A DNA stretch of 64,000 nucleotides, taken from Isurus oxyrinchus (taxonomy: Eukaryota). The position numbers and the translations under genes were made by a program. The DNA lies in NCBI GenBank assembly GCA_026770705.1, contig JANJGN010000071.1, positions 1,240,001 to 1,304,000 on the forward strand. The letters are read 5' to 3'. The notes beneath the pieces are model-generated. The model made no database searches. It saw nothing but the letters and a program-made list of their open reading frames with translations, and was not told the DNA's origin. Positions 1 through 11,710 of this stretch are shown piece after piece. Position 1 is the first letter of the stretch. The number at the start of each line of letters is the position of its first letter.

Positions 1-7
1 GTCTCTC

Positions 8-765
8 TGTTATGACTCAGCAACTGGTAAAGGCTGTTGTTTAAAATCCCAGAGGGAAACTTTAAACAACTGTCATAACCTATATTTCCCAGTGGAATGT
101 TTGAGATGCAGCTCTAAATTAAGGAATAAGACCACCAGTTCTCGGGATGGTTTTATATCAAACTACATGAGACGTTTATTAATTTACACAAGTTAAACAT
201 ATGCACATGGCTACAAACTAGTATTATCATAACTTTTTAACAAATTCTTAAACTAATCTCCTCTAAGACAACCCATAGACTTTAAGCAGACACCAGGCAA
301 AGCATTTTCACCTCACAAATTCCAAATGAGGTTCCTTTCACTTTGGTTCCTTTGCAGACAGGTGCAGGCTTACAGCTGCTTTGATGTTACAAGCCTCTGC
401 TCTGCACACACAAAACTGCTCAAGTTATACCCAGCGCTTCGATTTGAATGTAAATTCTCATTGTATCATCAGGACCTTTGAACTACACCTCTTTTAACAA
501 TAAATCCCCTTTCATCGTCTCAATTTTATTAGTAATATAAACGTTGATGGGTTTAAGATTTCACCCCCAGACATTGAATGCTCTATTTAAAAATGCAAAT
601 TACCACTTTACCTCTTTGTTTACATCTCAAAACTATGATACATCAAAGTACACAGACTGGCTGGCTTTCATCCAATTAAAACACACACAAACACACCCAC
701 AGACTGAACTCCTGTCAAAATAGACAATTTCCAATTACATTACATACATTAATAGATTCATAACA
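8..765. mobile_element. Solo LTR-like element
   Basis: Bounded by inverted termini tgttatga (8-15) and tcataaca (758-765), i.e. TG...CA. Related copies lie at ~4268-5082, ~49026-49783 and ~53404-54221; two of these interrupt a LINE. Confidence 0.6.
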
Positions 766-904
766 CTCTGTCTCTGTCCCTTCATCTCTATCCCTCTCTC
801 TCATCCTCTCTCTGATTACAAGGTGCATGTTATTGAGCCTCACACCAGGCACCTGTGTGCAGAATCCAAGCCGTCACTCGCCAGAGCCATTACCGAGGGA
901 GTGC

Positions 905-1140
905 GAGACTGACAGAGGGTCAGTACTGAGGGAGTGCTGCACTGCCGGAGGGTCAGTACTGAGGGAGTACTGCACTGCCGGAGGGTCAGTACTGAGGTAG
1001 CACTGCACTGTCGGAGGGTCAGTACTGAGGGAGTGCTGCACTGTCAGAGGGTCAGTACTGAGGGAGTGCTGCACTGCCGGAGGGTCAGTACTGAGGGAGT
1101 ACTGCACTGCCGGAGGGTCAGTACTGAGAGAGTGCTGCAC
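905..1140. repeat. 33-bp minisatellite (cagtactgagggagtgctgcactgtcagagggt)
   Basis: Direct tandem copies; the source of the repetitive ORFs 874..1338 and 934..1149. Confidence 0.95.
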
Positions 1141-1288
1141 ATGCCTTAGGTGGTTTCTATCATAAGCCATGGGAAGGAGAGTTAAACCCACTGAGCCACG
1201 ACTGACACTAACGAGGCTGCACAATAATTTAACCCTATCAGTGCCAGGAAATGATGTGAGGATGCCTTCTGTTTCCATTTCTCTGTAG

Positions 1289-1529
1289 GGTAAACAGAAC
1301 GTGCTGATTACTGAGCCCCAGAACACAACCAGAGACACAACTAGTGAGGGGGAGACCCCAGCTCCCCGGGATCTCTGAAGGTCCAGTGGGAGGCGATGCT
1401 GGACATGGGAACCCTGACAATCCCGCCGACCTTCTCTACGCCAATCCCCAAGTCTTCAGGGTGCCCAGTGGTGATGGGTCTGTCCACCGGGAAGAGAAGA
1501 CGGAATACGCACAGATCAGATTCAAGTGA
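1289..1529 (+). pseudogene. Siglec-like terminal cytoplasmic exon (copy 1), frameshifted before the Tyr motifs
   Basis: Acceptor ctctgtag at 1287-88. The phase-0 frame GKQNVLITEPQNTT... hits TGA at 1376-78 because 2 nt are missing relative to the copies at 47405 and 50339. LLYANP and TEYAQI fall in another frame. Confidence 0.8.
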
Positions 1530-2589
1530 AATTGAGTGTGAAACGGGGAGAGGGGGTGAGGAGGTTTGTGGGTGTGGCCAGGGATTATGATTCCTTGGAA
1601 CATGAGGCAACCCACTGGGGGAGAGGGGGAGAGAGGGAGGAAGGGACTGAATGGGTCTGTGGTTGGTGAGGTTTGGAATGAAATGTTTCCCCAGTAATGA
1701 CTTGATGCTGAGTCATTGGGGACAGAGATTCAGTGTCTCTCTCTCTGTCCCTGTCTCTCTATCTCTTTCTGTGTCTCTCTCACTCTGCTTCTCTGTCTAT
1801 CGCTCTCTCTCTCTCCTCATTTAACATGGTCCTTATAAACTGGCTTTGTTAACTCAGCTTTTTGTCACCTGTCCCTAATATCTCATTATGTGTCTCAGAG
1901 AAGGATTTATATGTGGTTAGCAATCCCCTAAAGGGTTTTGGCACAGTTTGCTACATTAAAGGTGCTATGTTAATGCAAGTTGTTGTAGTATCTTGGACCT
2001 GCCTCGATTCAGAATGGAACCAATGAGGCTCCTTCGACAGGGCGTGTGTGCAACAGGCTCGCAATAAATGCATTGCAGAGCAACAACTAAGCATGTGCTT
2101 TGATGCTGATGCATCCCAGTCCTGCTGTGTGGACACATCACAACCGAGGGACTGCCTGACTGCGTGCAGCCAACATGGCCGAATAGTAATTAGCAGAAAT
2201 GTGACGTCACTGAACTTTGTTAACATTTCAGAATGTGCTTTCTGAATTCTGCAACTTGTTTATTCTGTGATAGATTACAAGAAGCTTTTGCATTTTCTAT
2301 AATATTACATTTATTGTCACAAGGGATTGAAATGCCCAGACACCACCACCTGGAAGTTCGCCTCCAAGCCACACATCATCCTGATTTTGAAATATATCGC
2401 CGTCCCTTCACTGCCACTTGGTCAAAATCTTGGAATTCCTCCTGTAACTGCATTGTGGGTGTACCTACACCACATGGACTGCAGAGGGTCCGGAAGGCAG
2501 CTCACCACCACCTTCTCAAGGTAATTAGGGATGGGCCATTAATGCTGGCCTAGCCAGTGATGCCCACTTCCCATGGAAGAATGAATATA

Positions 2590-5490
2590 TAAAATATAAA
2601 GTTGGAACAAATGAATGAAGTTATAGCACAAATAGAGATTAATGGGTACGATAAGATGGACACTGCAGAGAGTTGGTTGCAAGGTGACCAAGGTTGGAAA
2701 TTGAAAATTGAAGGATATTTGGAATCTTTGAAAGGATAGGAAAAATGAAAAGGAGGTGGGGTCGCTCTGTTAATAAAAGATGAGACCTGTAAAGTAGTGA
2801 GAAATGATCTTGGCTCAAATGTCAAGATGCACAGTCAGTTTGGGTGAATATAAGAAATTGCAAGGGAAAGAAATCTCTGATGGGTTGGTTTTACTCCACC
2901 CTGACAGTAGTTACACTGCAGGGGTAGATTATAAATCAATACATCAGGAGGTCTGTGAGAAAGGCACCACATTAATCATGGGATTTTTCAATCGTCATAT
3001 GGATTAGACAAATCAGATTAGCAAATGTAGCTTTCAGCGAGATTATACAGATTGTATTCAGGACAGTATTTTAGAACAATGCAACATGGAACCAACCAGG
3101 GAAGAGGCTGTTTTAGTCCTGGCAATGTTTAATGAGACAAGACTAATTAACATCTCATTGTAAAGGACCCTCAAGGGAAGAGTAATCATACGGTGTTGAA
3201 ATTTAATATTCAATTTGGAAACTTGGGTCTGAAGCTAGTGTCATAAACTTAACTAAAGGCAATTACAAGGGTTAAAAGTAGAGTCGGCCCAAGTGGAGTG
3301 GGACAGCAGGTTAAAGTGGGGGGGAGGGTGTAGATGAGGAGTAATAGGCATCTAAAGAGATCTTTCATAAATTCCAATGAAGATATTTTCCAGTAAGAAA
3401 GAAAGAATCTATAAAAAGGATGGAGCATCGGCGGCTAACTCAGGAAGCTAAGGACGGTATCCAATTGTGAGATAAAGCCGGCAATGTTGGGATGCTTAGT
3501 GATAGGCTGGAGATTGGGAATATTTGAGAAACCAGAAAAGTGAGGGGAGAAATATAAGGAGGCAGAAATGATGATATGAGAGTAAACTAGCAAGAACCAT
3601 AAACAATGACAGTGAGATGTTGTACATTAAAATAAGAGAGAAGCTACAGTAATAATGGGACACATAGAAAATCAGACTGGGGAATTAATAATGGGAAACA
3701 GGAAATGACAGAGACTTTCAACAAGAATTTTGTGTCTGTCTTCACAGTAAAAATCTCTAAAACCATCCCAATAGCAGGAGAAAGTCACGGTGCAACAAGG
3801 AGGGAGGAACATAAAACAATCACTATCACCAGAGAAAAAGTATTAAGAAAACTAATGAGACAGATGCTGACAAGTCCCATGGAGCAGACGGCCTGAATGT
3901 GAGGGTCTGAAAGGAAATGGCTGCAGAGAGGGTGGATGCATTGGTTGTAATCTTCCAGAATTCCTTAGATTATGGGAAGGTCCCAGCGGATTGGAAAAAC
4001 ATAAATGAAACATTTCTGTTCAATAAAGTGGGGAGGCAGAAAGCAAGAAACTACAGGTCAGTTAGTCTAATATCTGTCATTGGGAAAATACCAGAATTCA
4101 TTATGAAGGAGGGAGCAGCAGGACATTTAGAAAACCATAATTCAATCAGACAGAGTCAACATGGGTTTGTGAAAGGGATATCATGTTTGAAAAAATAATT
4201 AGATTTCCTCGAGGATGTAACAAGTGGATTGGATAAAGGGGAACCTGTAGATGTGGTGTATTAGGGACTATGACACAGCCAAGGGTAAAGGCTGAGTTGT
4301 TCAAATCCCAGAGGGAAAATTGAAACAACTGTCATAACCCAATTTTGCTGTTTGTAATTTCGAGATGAAGACTTTGAATTCAGTAGGAATAAGACGACCG
4401 AGGATTGAGGGTTTTTTATATAAAATTAAATAAACCATTTATTAATTTAACACATACACATTGGCTACAAGTAACTACTATAATAACTTTTTAACAAATC
4501 CCCCAATTAATCACCCCTACGTAAATCTCTACTAAGGCAACAATGAACCATTGACATAATATAGACACCAGGCAAAGCACATTTGACATTACGAATTCCG
4601 AATGAGGTTCCTTTGCTAGTTGGTTGGAGGCTACAGGCTGGTTCGGTCTGAAATGCTCCTGCCTCACACACACAAACTCCTTCCTTTATATAGCTAGCTT
4701 TCCCTTTGAATGTAAATTTTCCATTGTATCACTCGGTCTTCTGAACTCCACCTCTTCGAACAATAAAACCCCCTTTCATAGCACCAATTTCATTAGTAAG
4801 TTCAAGAAAAAACACATCTTTTGGCTCCTTCTAACTAGGTGCAAGATTTTACCCCCAGTCTGGAATGGTTTATTCAACAATTGCAAATGAACAATTTACT
4901 GTTCTCCTCACAATTCACCTAATTAACATCTCAAAACTACTAAACATCAAAGCACACAGACCAGTTGGCTTTAATCCAATTAAGACACACCCAGACACAC
5001 ACCTATACATGGACCACCACTAGAATTCTATTTTATTAATAATTTCCAAGGACATTTTACACACAAATATCTCTTCGTGACATTGGATTTCCAAAAGGCA
5101 TTCATTAAGGTGCCACATCAAAGGATACAGCACAGGGTGAAATTGGATGGTGTTGGGGGTGATATATTAATATGGATAGAGGACTGGCTAACTGACAGGA
5201 AACAGAGAGCCAGGATAAATGGGTGATTTTCAGCTTGGTAAACTGTAACTAGTGGAGAGCCACAGGGATCAGTGCTGAGGCCTCAACTATTCACAATCTA
5301 CATTAGTGACTTGGATGAAGGGACTGACTGTGCTGTAGGCAGATTTTCTGACTGTATGGTGAAGATAGGTAGGAAATATATAACCTGGGCAGGAAAGCTA
5401 GTTCTGAGGAGGACACAAAGAGGCTGTAGGGGGAGATAAATAGTTTCCGTGAGTGGATAAAATAATGAGCGGATGGAATATAAGGAGTGA
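2590..5490 (+). mobile_element. Degenerate CR1/L2-type LINE ORF2 (endonuclease/RT), interrupted by an LTR-like insert at ~4268-5082
   Basis: Peptide remnants VPADWK...NYRSVSLISVIGK...SQHGFVKG and PQGSVL.PQLFTIY; many stops. Confidence 0.85.
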
Positions 5491-5502
5491 AAATATCAGG
5501 GT

Positions 5503-5718
5503 TAAAACAAAAAAAACTGCAGATGCTGGAAATCCAAAACAAAAACAGAATTACCTGGAAAAACTCAGCAGGTCTGGCAGCATTGGCGGAGAAGAAAAGA
5601 GTTGACGTTTCGAGTCCTCATGACAAAAGGACTCAAGGATTCGAAAACGTCAACTCTTTTCTTCTCCGCCAATGCTGCCAGACCTGCTGAGTTTTTCCAG
5701 GTAATTCTGTTTTTGTTT
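5503..5718. mobile_element. Penelope-like inverted-repeat (hairpin) insertion with ~15-bp target-site duplication
   Basis: Arms are reverse complements. Flanked by tgaaaat(a/g)tcagggt at 5488-5502 and 5719-5733. Absent at the paralogous site ~54630. Confidence 0.8.
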
Positions 5719-5830
5719 TGAAAATGTCAGGGTGTCCAGCTGATCCTACTTGTTCTGTTCTTATATTCTTATACAGACACAGGGTTTACTGACAGTGCAC
5801 AGCAAAGTGCTGTTCACTCACTTTGTTCCG

Positions 5831-5880
5831 ACTTCCTCATTTTGACTCACAGTGACACATCAACCCTTTCTAATTAAATA
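5831..5880 (+). promoter_or_regulatory. Putative promoter of Siglec-like gene A: PU.1/ETS site, AP-1 site, AT-rich box
   Basis: ACTTCCTCATTTT (reverse of AAAATGAGGAAGT) at 5831, TGACTCA at 5843-49, taattaaata at 5871. Conserved upstream of all paralogous exon-1 copies. Confidence 0.55.
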
Positions 5881-5970
5881 CACAGAGGGAGCAGCACAGG
5901 AAGAGGTCATTCAGCCCAAGCAGAGCGTGTGGGCAGTTACTCCCCAGGCGAGCAGTCGGACAGGTCCTGG
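5881..5970 (+). other. Non-coding exon 1 of Siglec-like gene A (5' start approximate)
   Basis: Ends at a strong donor TGG|gtaagt; four near-identical copies in the window; no ATG. Confidence 0.6.
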
Positions 5971-6403
5971 GTAAGTAACGGAACGATTGGAATTCACTTC
6001 CACCACCAACACCGTCCTTTGTTGATGTTGTGACTTTATAAAGACAGATTCCAATGATTGATGCCTTTGAAAGATTTCTACTGGTTATTGAGATCTGGGT
6101 GTGAGGCTCAAGTCTGTTGTACAGAACATCTTTCTAGCTCATGGAACATGAGCTTTGGGACACCCTGAGGTGGTGAAAGGTGCTATAGAAATGCAAGACC
6201 TTCATTGTATTTCTTTCTGAATGCCTTGTAACTCTCTGCAGAGCACCTATCATCCCACAAAGAATCAAATTAGTCTGTGAAGATATTGTCTAAAAGCAGT
6301 TCTGATCTCTCGAGAGCTGTCGGACAAGAGGTGAAGTCTCATTAACTCCTTTCTCTTTCAGAACTTCAGAGTTAGAAGCTGAGGAAATATCTGGGAGTGG
6401 ACA

Positions 6404-6443
6404 ATGATCGGGAAATCTTACTTCCTCCTGTCACTTCTCCAAG
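6404..6443 (+). CDS. Gene A signal-peptide exon MIGKSYFLLSLLQ
   Basis: ATG in an acaATG context; 40 nt ending CAAG|gtaata; joins in phase 1 to VGLSQEW. Confidence 0.8.
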
Positions 6444-7316
6444 GTAATATCATCATCAGCTCGGACAGACTTACGGTTAATAGTCTTTGTAAAAGATCAT
6501 TTTTATTGACCTCTAATTGGGAACTGATTTAGCAGTGACCCAGTGTACAAACTCACACCAAGTCCCATTCATCCATCACCCCTGTGCTCACTGATATACA
6601 CTGACTCCCTGTCTGACAGCAGAATTGGAGGAGAGCAGAGGCCTTGGAGGGTTGTAGGGGCTGGAGGAGTGTACAGGGATAGGCAGGTTTGTAGCAGCGA
6701 GAGCAGAATCTTAAAATTCAGGTGTTGTCAGACGTTGGTCAGTGAGCGATGGGGATTGATGGGTTGAGTAGAGAAGCAGGGATAAAACCTGGTGGGTGAA
6801 GCCTATCCTAATGAGAGTTATCCGATAGCAATAACCTGAAATTTGTGTCCTTTGCTGCCTTTATTCAAAATTTCCCATGAAGACAACACAGCAGCTCCTA
6901 GAATAGACAGGCTGTTCAGTGTCACACTTCCTGTCCATTCTCACCTTGCTAGATACTTCAATAAGGGAGCAAGATAACTGAAAGAGAGAAGAAAGGCAAA
7001 ACTGTCTGTGTGTAAAACTGTCAAATATTCTGAGTTATCATGAGTGTCTCTGATCTGCTGCAGAGTTTAAATTTCACAGAATCTGAGCACTTTGCAGCTC
7101 AGAGAGAGACCATTGACTCACTGCCTGAAAGGCCGGTGGAAGCAGATTCAACAGGAACTTTCAGAAGGGGAACTGGATAAATACTTGAAGGGAAATTTGC
7201 AGGGATGTGCGAAAGGTGCTGGAGAGGAATTGGGAAAGAGTCAGCACATGCACGATGGGTCAAACAAGCTCCTCCTGTGTTGTATCATTCAACGATCAGA
7301 CAATTTAAGAACCTTG

Positions 7317-8513
7317 TCAGCAAATCTTCAGAATCCTGCTGAATCACAGATGTTTCAGAAGGACAGGGAACACGAGGTTTCTGGTATCAACACTTCATGT
7401 GGGGCCCAGTTCAGTTGGAACAAAAAAAATGACAATAGCGTCTTTGAAAGTCATGAAACCACCACAGCGGCACCTCCGACATATGCAGAGCTCAGGCTAG
7501 AGGCACTTTGTTAGTGTGTTTCACAGGGTCTGCTGGAGTAGGGTCAGTGCTGAGCTTGGGGACAAGTCAGTCTACAATGCTGCATCGGAATCAACAATAC
7601 AACAATATGGGGTTTGGATCAGAAATAATCCCCTAGACAATGAGGATCCAAAGAGATTCCTTAGACAATGAGGATCCAAAGAGATTCCTTATTCCATCGG
7701 TTGTCTAACTGGGGTCCATGATTTTCCAAGGGGTCCTTGGCAGAATCAAATTATCGAGCAATAGTGTGTAAAATACCGGAGAGAACGGGAAAGGTGGGAT
7801 CAATGGAAAACTGTTCACTCTGTTTACACTAATGGGAGTTAGTCTCAGTAATGGAGACCATGAAACTATCATCGATTGTCATACACACCCATCTGGTTCA
7901 CTAATGGCCTTTAGGGAAGGAAATCTGCCGTCTATATCTGGTCTGGCCTACATGTGACTCCAGACTCATAGCAACGTGGTTCCTCTGAAATGTCCGAGCA
8001 AACCATCCAGTTCTCACCATGCTAGAAACTTCAATAAGGGAGTAAGATAACTGAAAGACAGAAGGAAGGTAAAGCTGCTCATGTGGATAGATGTCAAATA
8101 TCCTGAGTGATCATGATTGTCTCTACTCTGCTACAGAGATTATGTCACGGGACATTAGAGATGGGCAGCAAATGCTGGCCTTGGCAGCGACGCCCACATC
8201 CCATGAATGAATACATTTACAAAATCTTATTATTTGGAAGGTGCAAGTCCAGGTTGTTATGATCCTTGAGCAGACCCTCTCAGCACTGACCCTACTCCAG
8301 CAGACCCTGAGAAACACACTAACAAAGCGCCTCTAGCCTGAGCTCTGCATGTGTCGGAGGTGCCGCTGTGGTGGGTTCATGACTTTCAAAGATGGTGTTG
8401 TTTATTTGTTCAAACTGAACTGGGCCCCACACAAAACGCTGATACCAGAAACCTCTTGTTCCCTGTCCTTCTGAAATATCCGTGACTTCAGCAGGATTCT
8501 GAAGAGTTGCTGA
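7317..8513. repeat. ~240-bp inverted repeat pair (7317-7554 / 8279-8513) in the gene A leader-V intron
   Basis: Arms are reverse complements; both translate to ...ESHE.TTAAPPT(Y/H)AELRLEALC. Repeated at ~56245-57466. Confidence 0.85.
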
Positions 8514-9875
8514 TGGAGGAACAGACACCCAATTTTTTTTCGTAATTTACAGTTTGGAACCAATAATATTTTGTTTCAAGTAGACGAGGTTTGAGATTTA
8601 AGATGCTTGCGAAGAGAATAAAGCTACAAGATTCCATGGCTTTTAAACAAACAAAAATAAACTTTACTGCACCAGCTCAGATAGATAAAATAATTCACAA
8701 TATCCACCTTATACCCTAACATTCTGGATTAATATGAGCTCATGTGAATTAACAGGCAAACTGTGGTCTCACAGCCACATTACTCATTAAATTGTAAACG
8801 CGACCAAGATAGAGCCCATGGATTTCACAACAACCCACCCGGACATCAGTGAACACTGTCAGTCAACCAATCTCACTGAAACTCTGTTTCTCTCATGAGG
8901 GATTCCAGTCCTCAACTTCGAAGATCTTGCCTTGGAATTCTCTCCAAAAGTCACTTCAACTCGGATGGCCTCAGTGACGTTCCACCTCACAGGGTTTCCA
9001 TCTCTTCTCCTGAGGCTCCATTGCCCTGGATTCCCGACTATATACTCAAGCACCTCTAGGATTAGATGAAAGGTTTTGATTGACTGGGTAGAGAGAGAAT
9101 GTTCCCTCTTGTGGGCAGGAGAATAACTAGAGGCCGAGTGATTGGTGATTCCTTAAACATTGAAGAGGGAATGAACACCAATCAGATTGAATCAGATTAG
9201 CCAATCAGCTGTGTTGAAGAGCAGATAGGAATGTTAGGCTAATTAGTGATTCATGACGGTGATACTGGGGGGAGATCTGAGGGCTCCTAATCCATTGTCC
9301 TGTCTTGTAAATCAGCACTGAATGGATCTCAGTTGGTGGGTCTTGTTGACACTGTGTTGGGTGGAAGATTGGCTTCACTAAGGGGAAGCGGTAGCGGAGA
9401 GGTATTTTCACAGGGCTAGTATTCCAGAGGCCCAGGGTGATGCTCTGGGGCCCTGGGTGTGAATCCCATCACAGCAGATGAATGGGATTAAAAAGCCTGG
9501 TTCACTGATCACCTATAGGGTAGGAAATCTGCCAGCCTTACCCAGTCTGGCCTACATGTCACTCCAAACCCACAGCAATGTGGTTGACTCTTAAATACCT
9601 CTGATGGACATGGGATGGGCAATAAGTCCCATGAATGAATAATTTGAAAAAATTCTAAACAGAGTCCTGAGGACCATGAGCCAATGTAGAATGAACTTGT
9701 CCACTCCTGCATCCAGGATTCTCTTCCATCCATTGTGAAACCTTGAGGAGTTCCTTGTGTGTCCTGTAGATGGTCCACACTGTAGCCAATGTGCCCCAGT
9801 GATGGAGGGGGTGGATATCAAGTCTAGTGGATCGAAAAAACATCCAGAATTAAGTATTGATATTTCTCTCCACAG

Positions 9876-10241
9876 TTGGACTGTCACAAGAGTGGAAAGG
9901 TGACACTCCACGAGAGGTGACAGCGCAGGAAGGTTTCTGTGTACAGATTCCATGTCATTACAGTTATCCATCACATTTGGAAAAGCAACCACGAGTTGGA
10001 ATCTGGTTTAATAATGAGGAATGGAGAAAATCGTCTAGAGCCTTTCACTCCAAAGATCACAGTCACGAGTTACCACGGTTCCACCATCGGACCCGGCTGT
10101 CTGGAGACCTGAAAGATGGTGACTGTTCCCTGATTATAAACAACATCAGACGGGAAGATGCAGGACCTTATTTTTTCAGAATAGAATTTGACAGCAGAAA
10201 TAAATACAGCTACTATCCTGTAACCCAGCTTCACGTTTCTG
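9876..10241 (+). CDS. Gene A Siglec V-set domain exon
   Basis: Shows Siglec hallmarks CVQIPC, GDCSL, YFFR (essential Arg position) and KYSY; 366 nt, phase 1-1. Confidence 0.92.
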
Positions 10242-10716
10242 GTAAGTGCTGTGTTATAATTACTCAACAATTCACATTCAACACTCAATGGGAAATAACA
10301 CAAACTGTGACGTTTACATATTAACACAAAACACAGCTTATTATAACACACTGTCTGATTCTCAATAACCTGCTGATAGCTTCCAGTTCAGTCCGAAAGC
10401 AACCTCTAATACTCACTTTAGTATCACTGATGAAAAGCATTAACTGTATTCTCAGGTTATCCACTCCCATCAATCTCTCCTGTCCTGTTTAAAAGTCTGA
10501 CTTATCGATAAAAGAAAGATGTGCATTTCTGCAGCGCAATTTACCACCTCAGGAGGATCCAAATCCCTTCACAGCCAACAAAATTATTCCTGAATTGTAG
10601 TCACAGATGTTAAACACAGCAGGCAGTTTGTGCACAGCAAGATCCAACAAACCACAAGGTGCTAAATCACCCAGATCACTGAGGAAATGAGAAGCCAGTG
10701 AACTCAAACCTCTGGT

Positions 10717-10750
10717 CTGATGAAGAGTCATACGGACTCGAAACGTTAAC
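10717..10750 (+). ncRNA. Minimal hammerhead ribozyme motif in a Penelope-like terminal repeat fragment
   Basis: CTGATGA-a-GAGTC-atacg-GACTC-GAAA-CGTTA: catalytic core boxes, a perfect 5-bp helix II and a palindromic helix III. Copies at ~23416 and ~59672. Confidence 0.65.
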
Positions 10751-11100
10751 CCTGTCTTCCTCTCCACTGATACTGTCAGACCTGCTGAGTCTTTCCAGCA
10801 ATTTTTGTTTTTGTTTCAGATTTCCAGCATCCGCAGTATTCTGCTTTTAACTCCAATCTCTGGTCTGAGCCTCTTCTCTCATCCAGTGTTGTCAATTCAC
10901 ATGTCTCGGAGTGAACGTGTATTAAGCTGAGAGACAGAAACACTACTGCCAAAGAGCAAGAAAATCTTTCCTGATCATTGTAACCTCTCAGTTCTGATAT
11001 CATCCTTGTAAAAGTACTTTCTCTTGTGGGACTGTGATTTCTATTTGAACTGATGCTTCACGTTATATTTCTCTAAAAGGATCCATTCTCTGTGTGTTAG

Positions 11101-11398
11101 ATTTCACAGATAAACCCACGATATTCCCTGCTGAAATTATCGCAGGAAAGCGCTGTGGATGTAAGCTGCACCTTCAACACAACGTGCAATGGAACAGCAG
11201 CACCTGTCTTAACCTGGGACACTCCCACTGACGTACCTGGATCAGTCTCAAACACTGTAACTCAGCATGGTGTCACTCTGACCCATACTTCTGTTCTGAC
11301 CCTGATCCCATCACTCAAACACCACGGACACACACTCAGCTGCAGAGTGAGATATCCATCTGTTTCATTGGAGCGGACCCTCATACTAACTGTGCAAG
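11101..11398 (+). pseudogene. Gene A second Ig (C2-set) exon with a +1 frameshift
   Basis: 298 nt versus 297 in the paralogues; aagcgCtgtggat versus aagcgtgtggat; leads to TGA at 11229-31. Confidence 0.85.
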
Positions 11399-11617
11399 GT
11401 AAGAACGGTCAACCTTCATTCTACATTAGCTAGAAAGCTGTACATAGTACATTGCAAGATCCCACAACTGCATTGTGTTTAGCAACAAATCAATAGTCTT
11501 TAACTGATACAAATTCACCTCTGACACTGCAGCAATCCCTGAATACTGATTCTCCAACACTGCAGCACTCCCTCAGTACTGAGTCTTGTTCACAATGAAA
11601 TCTTTAATTGTTCTTAG

Positions 11618-11710
11618 ATGCACCACAGAATCTCTCATTTACTTCGCGTGATATGATTAATGTTTCATCGATCAATATAATTGAGGGGTTCATAACCATC
11701 ACTGTGGAAT
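11618..11710 (+). CDS. Gene A 93-nt internally deleted Ig mini-exon
   Basis: Reads DAPQNLSFTSRDMINVSSINIIEG/FITITVE; both splice sites intact; in frame. Confidence 0.7.
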
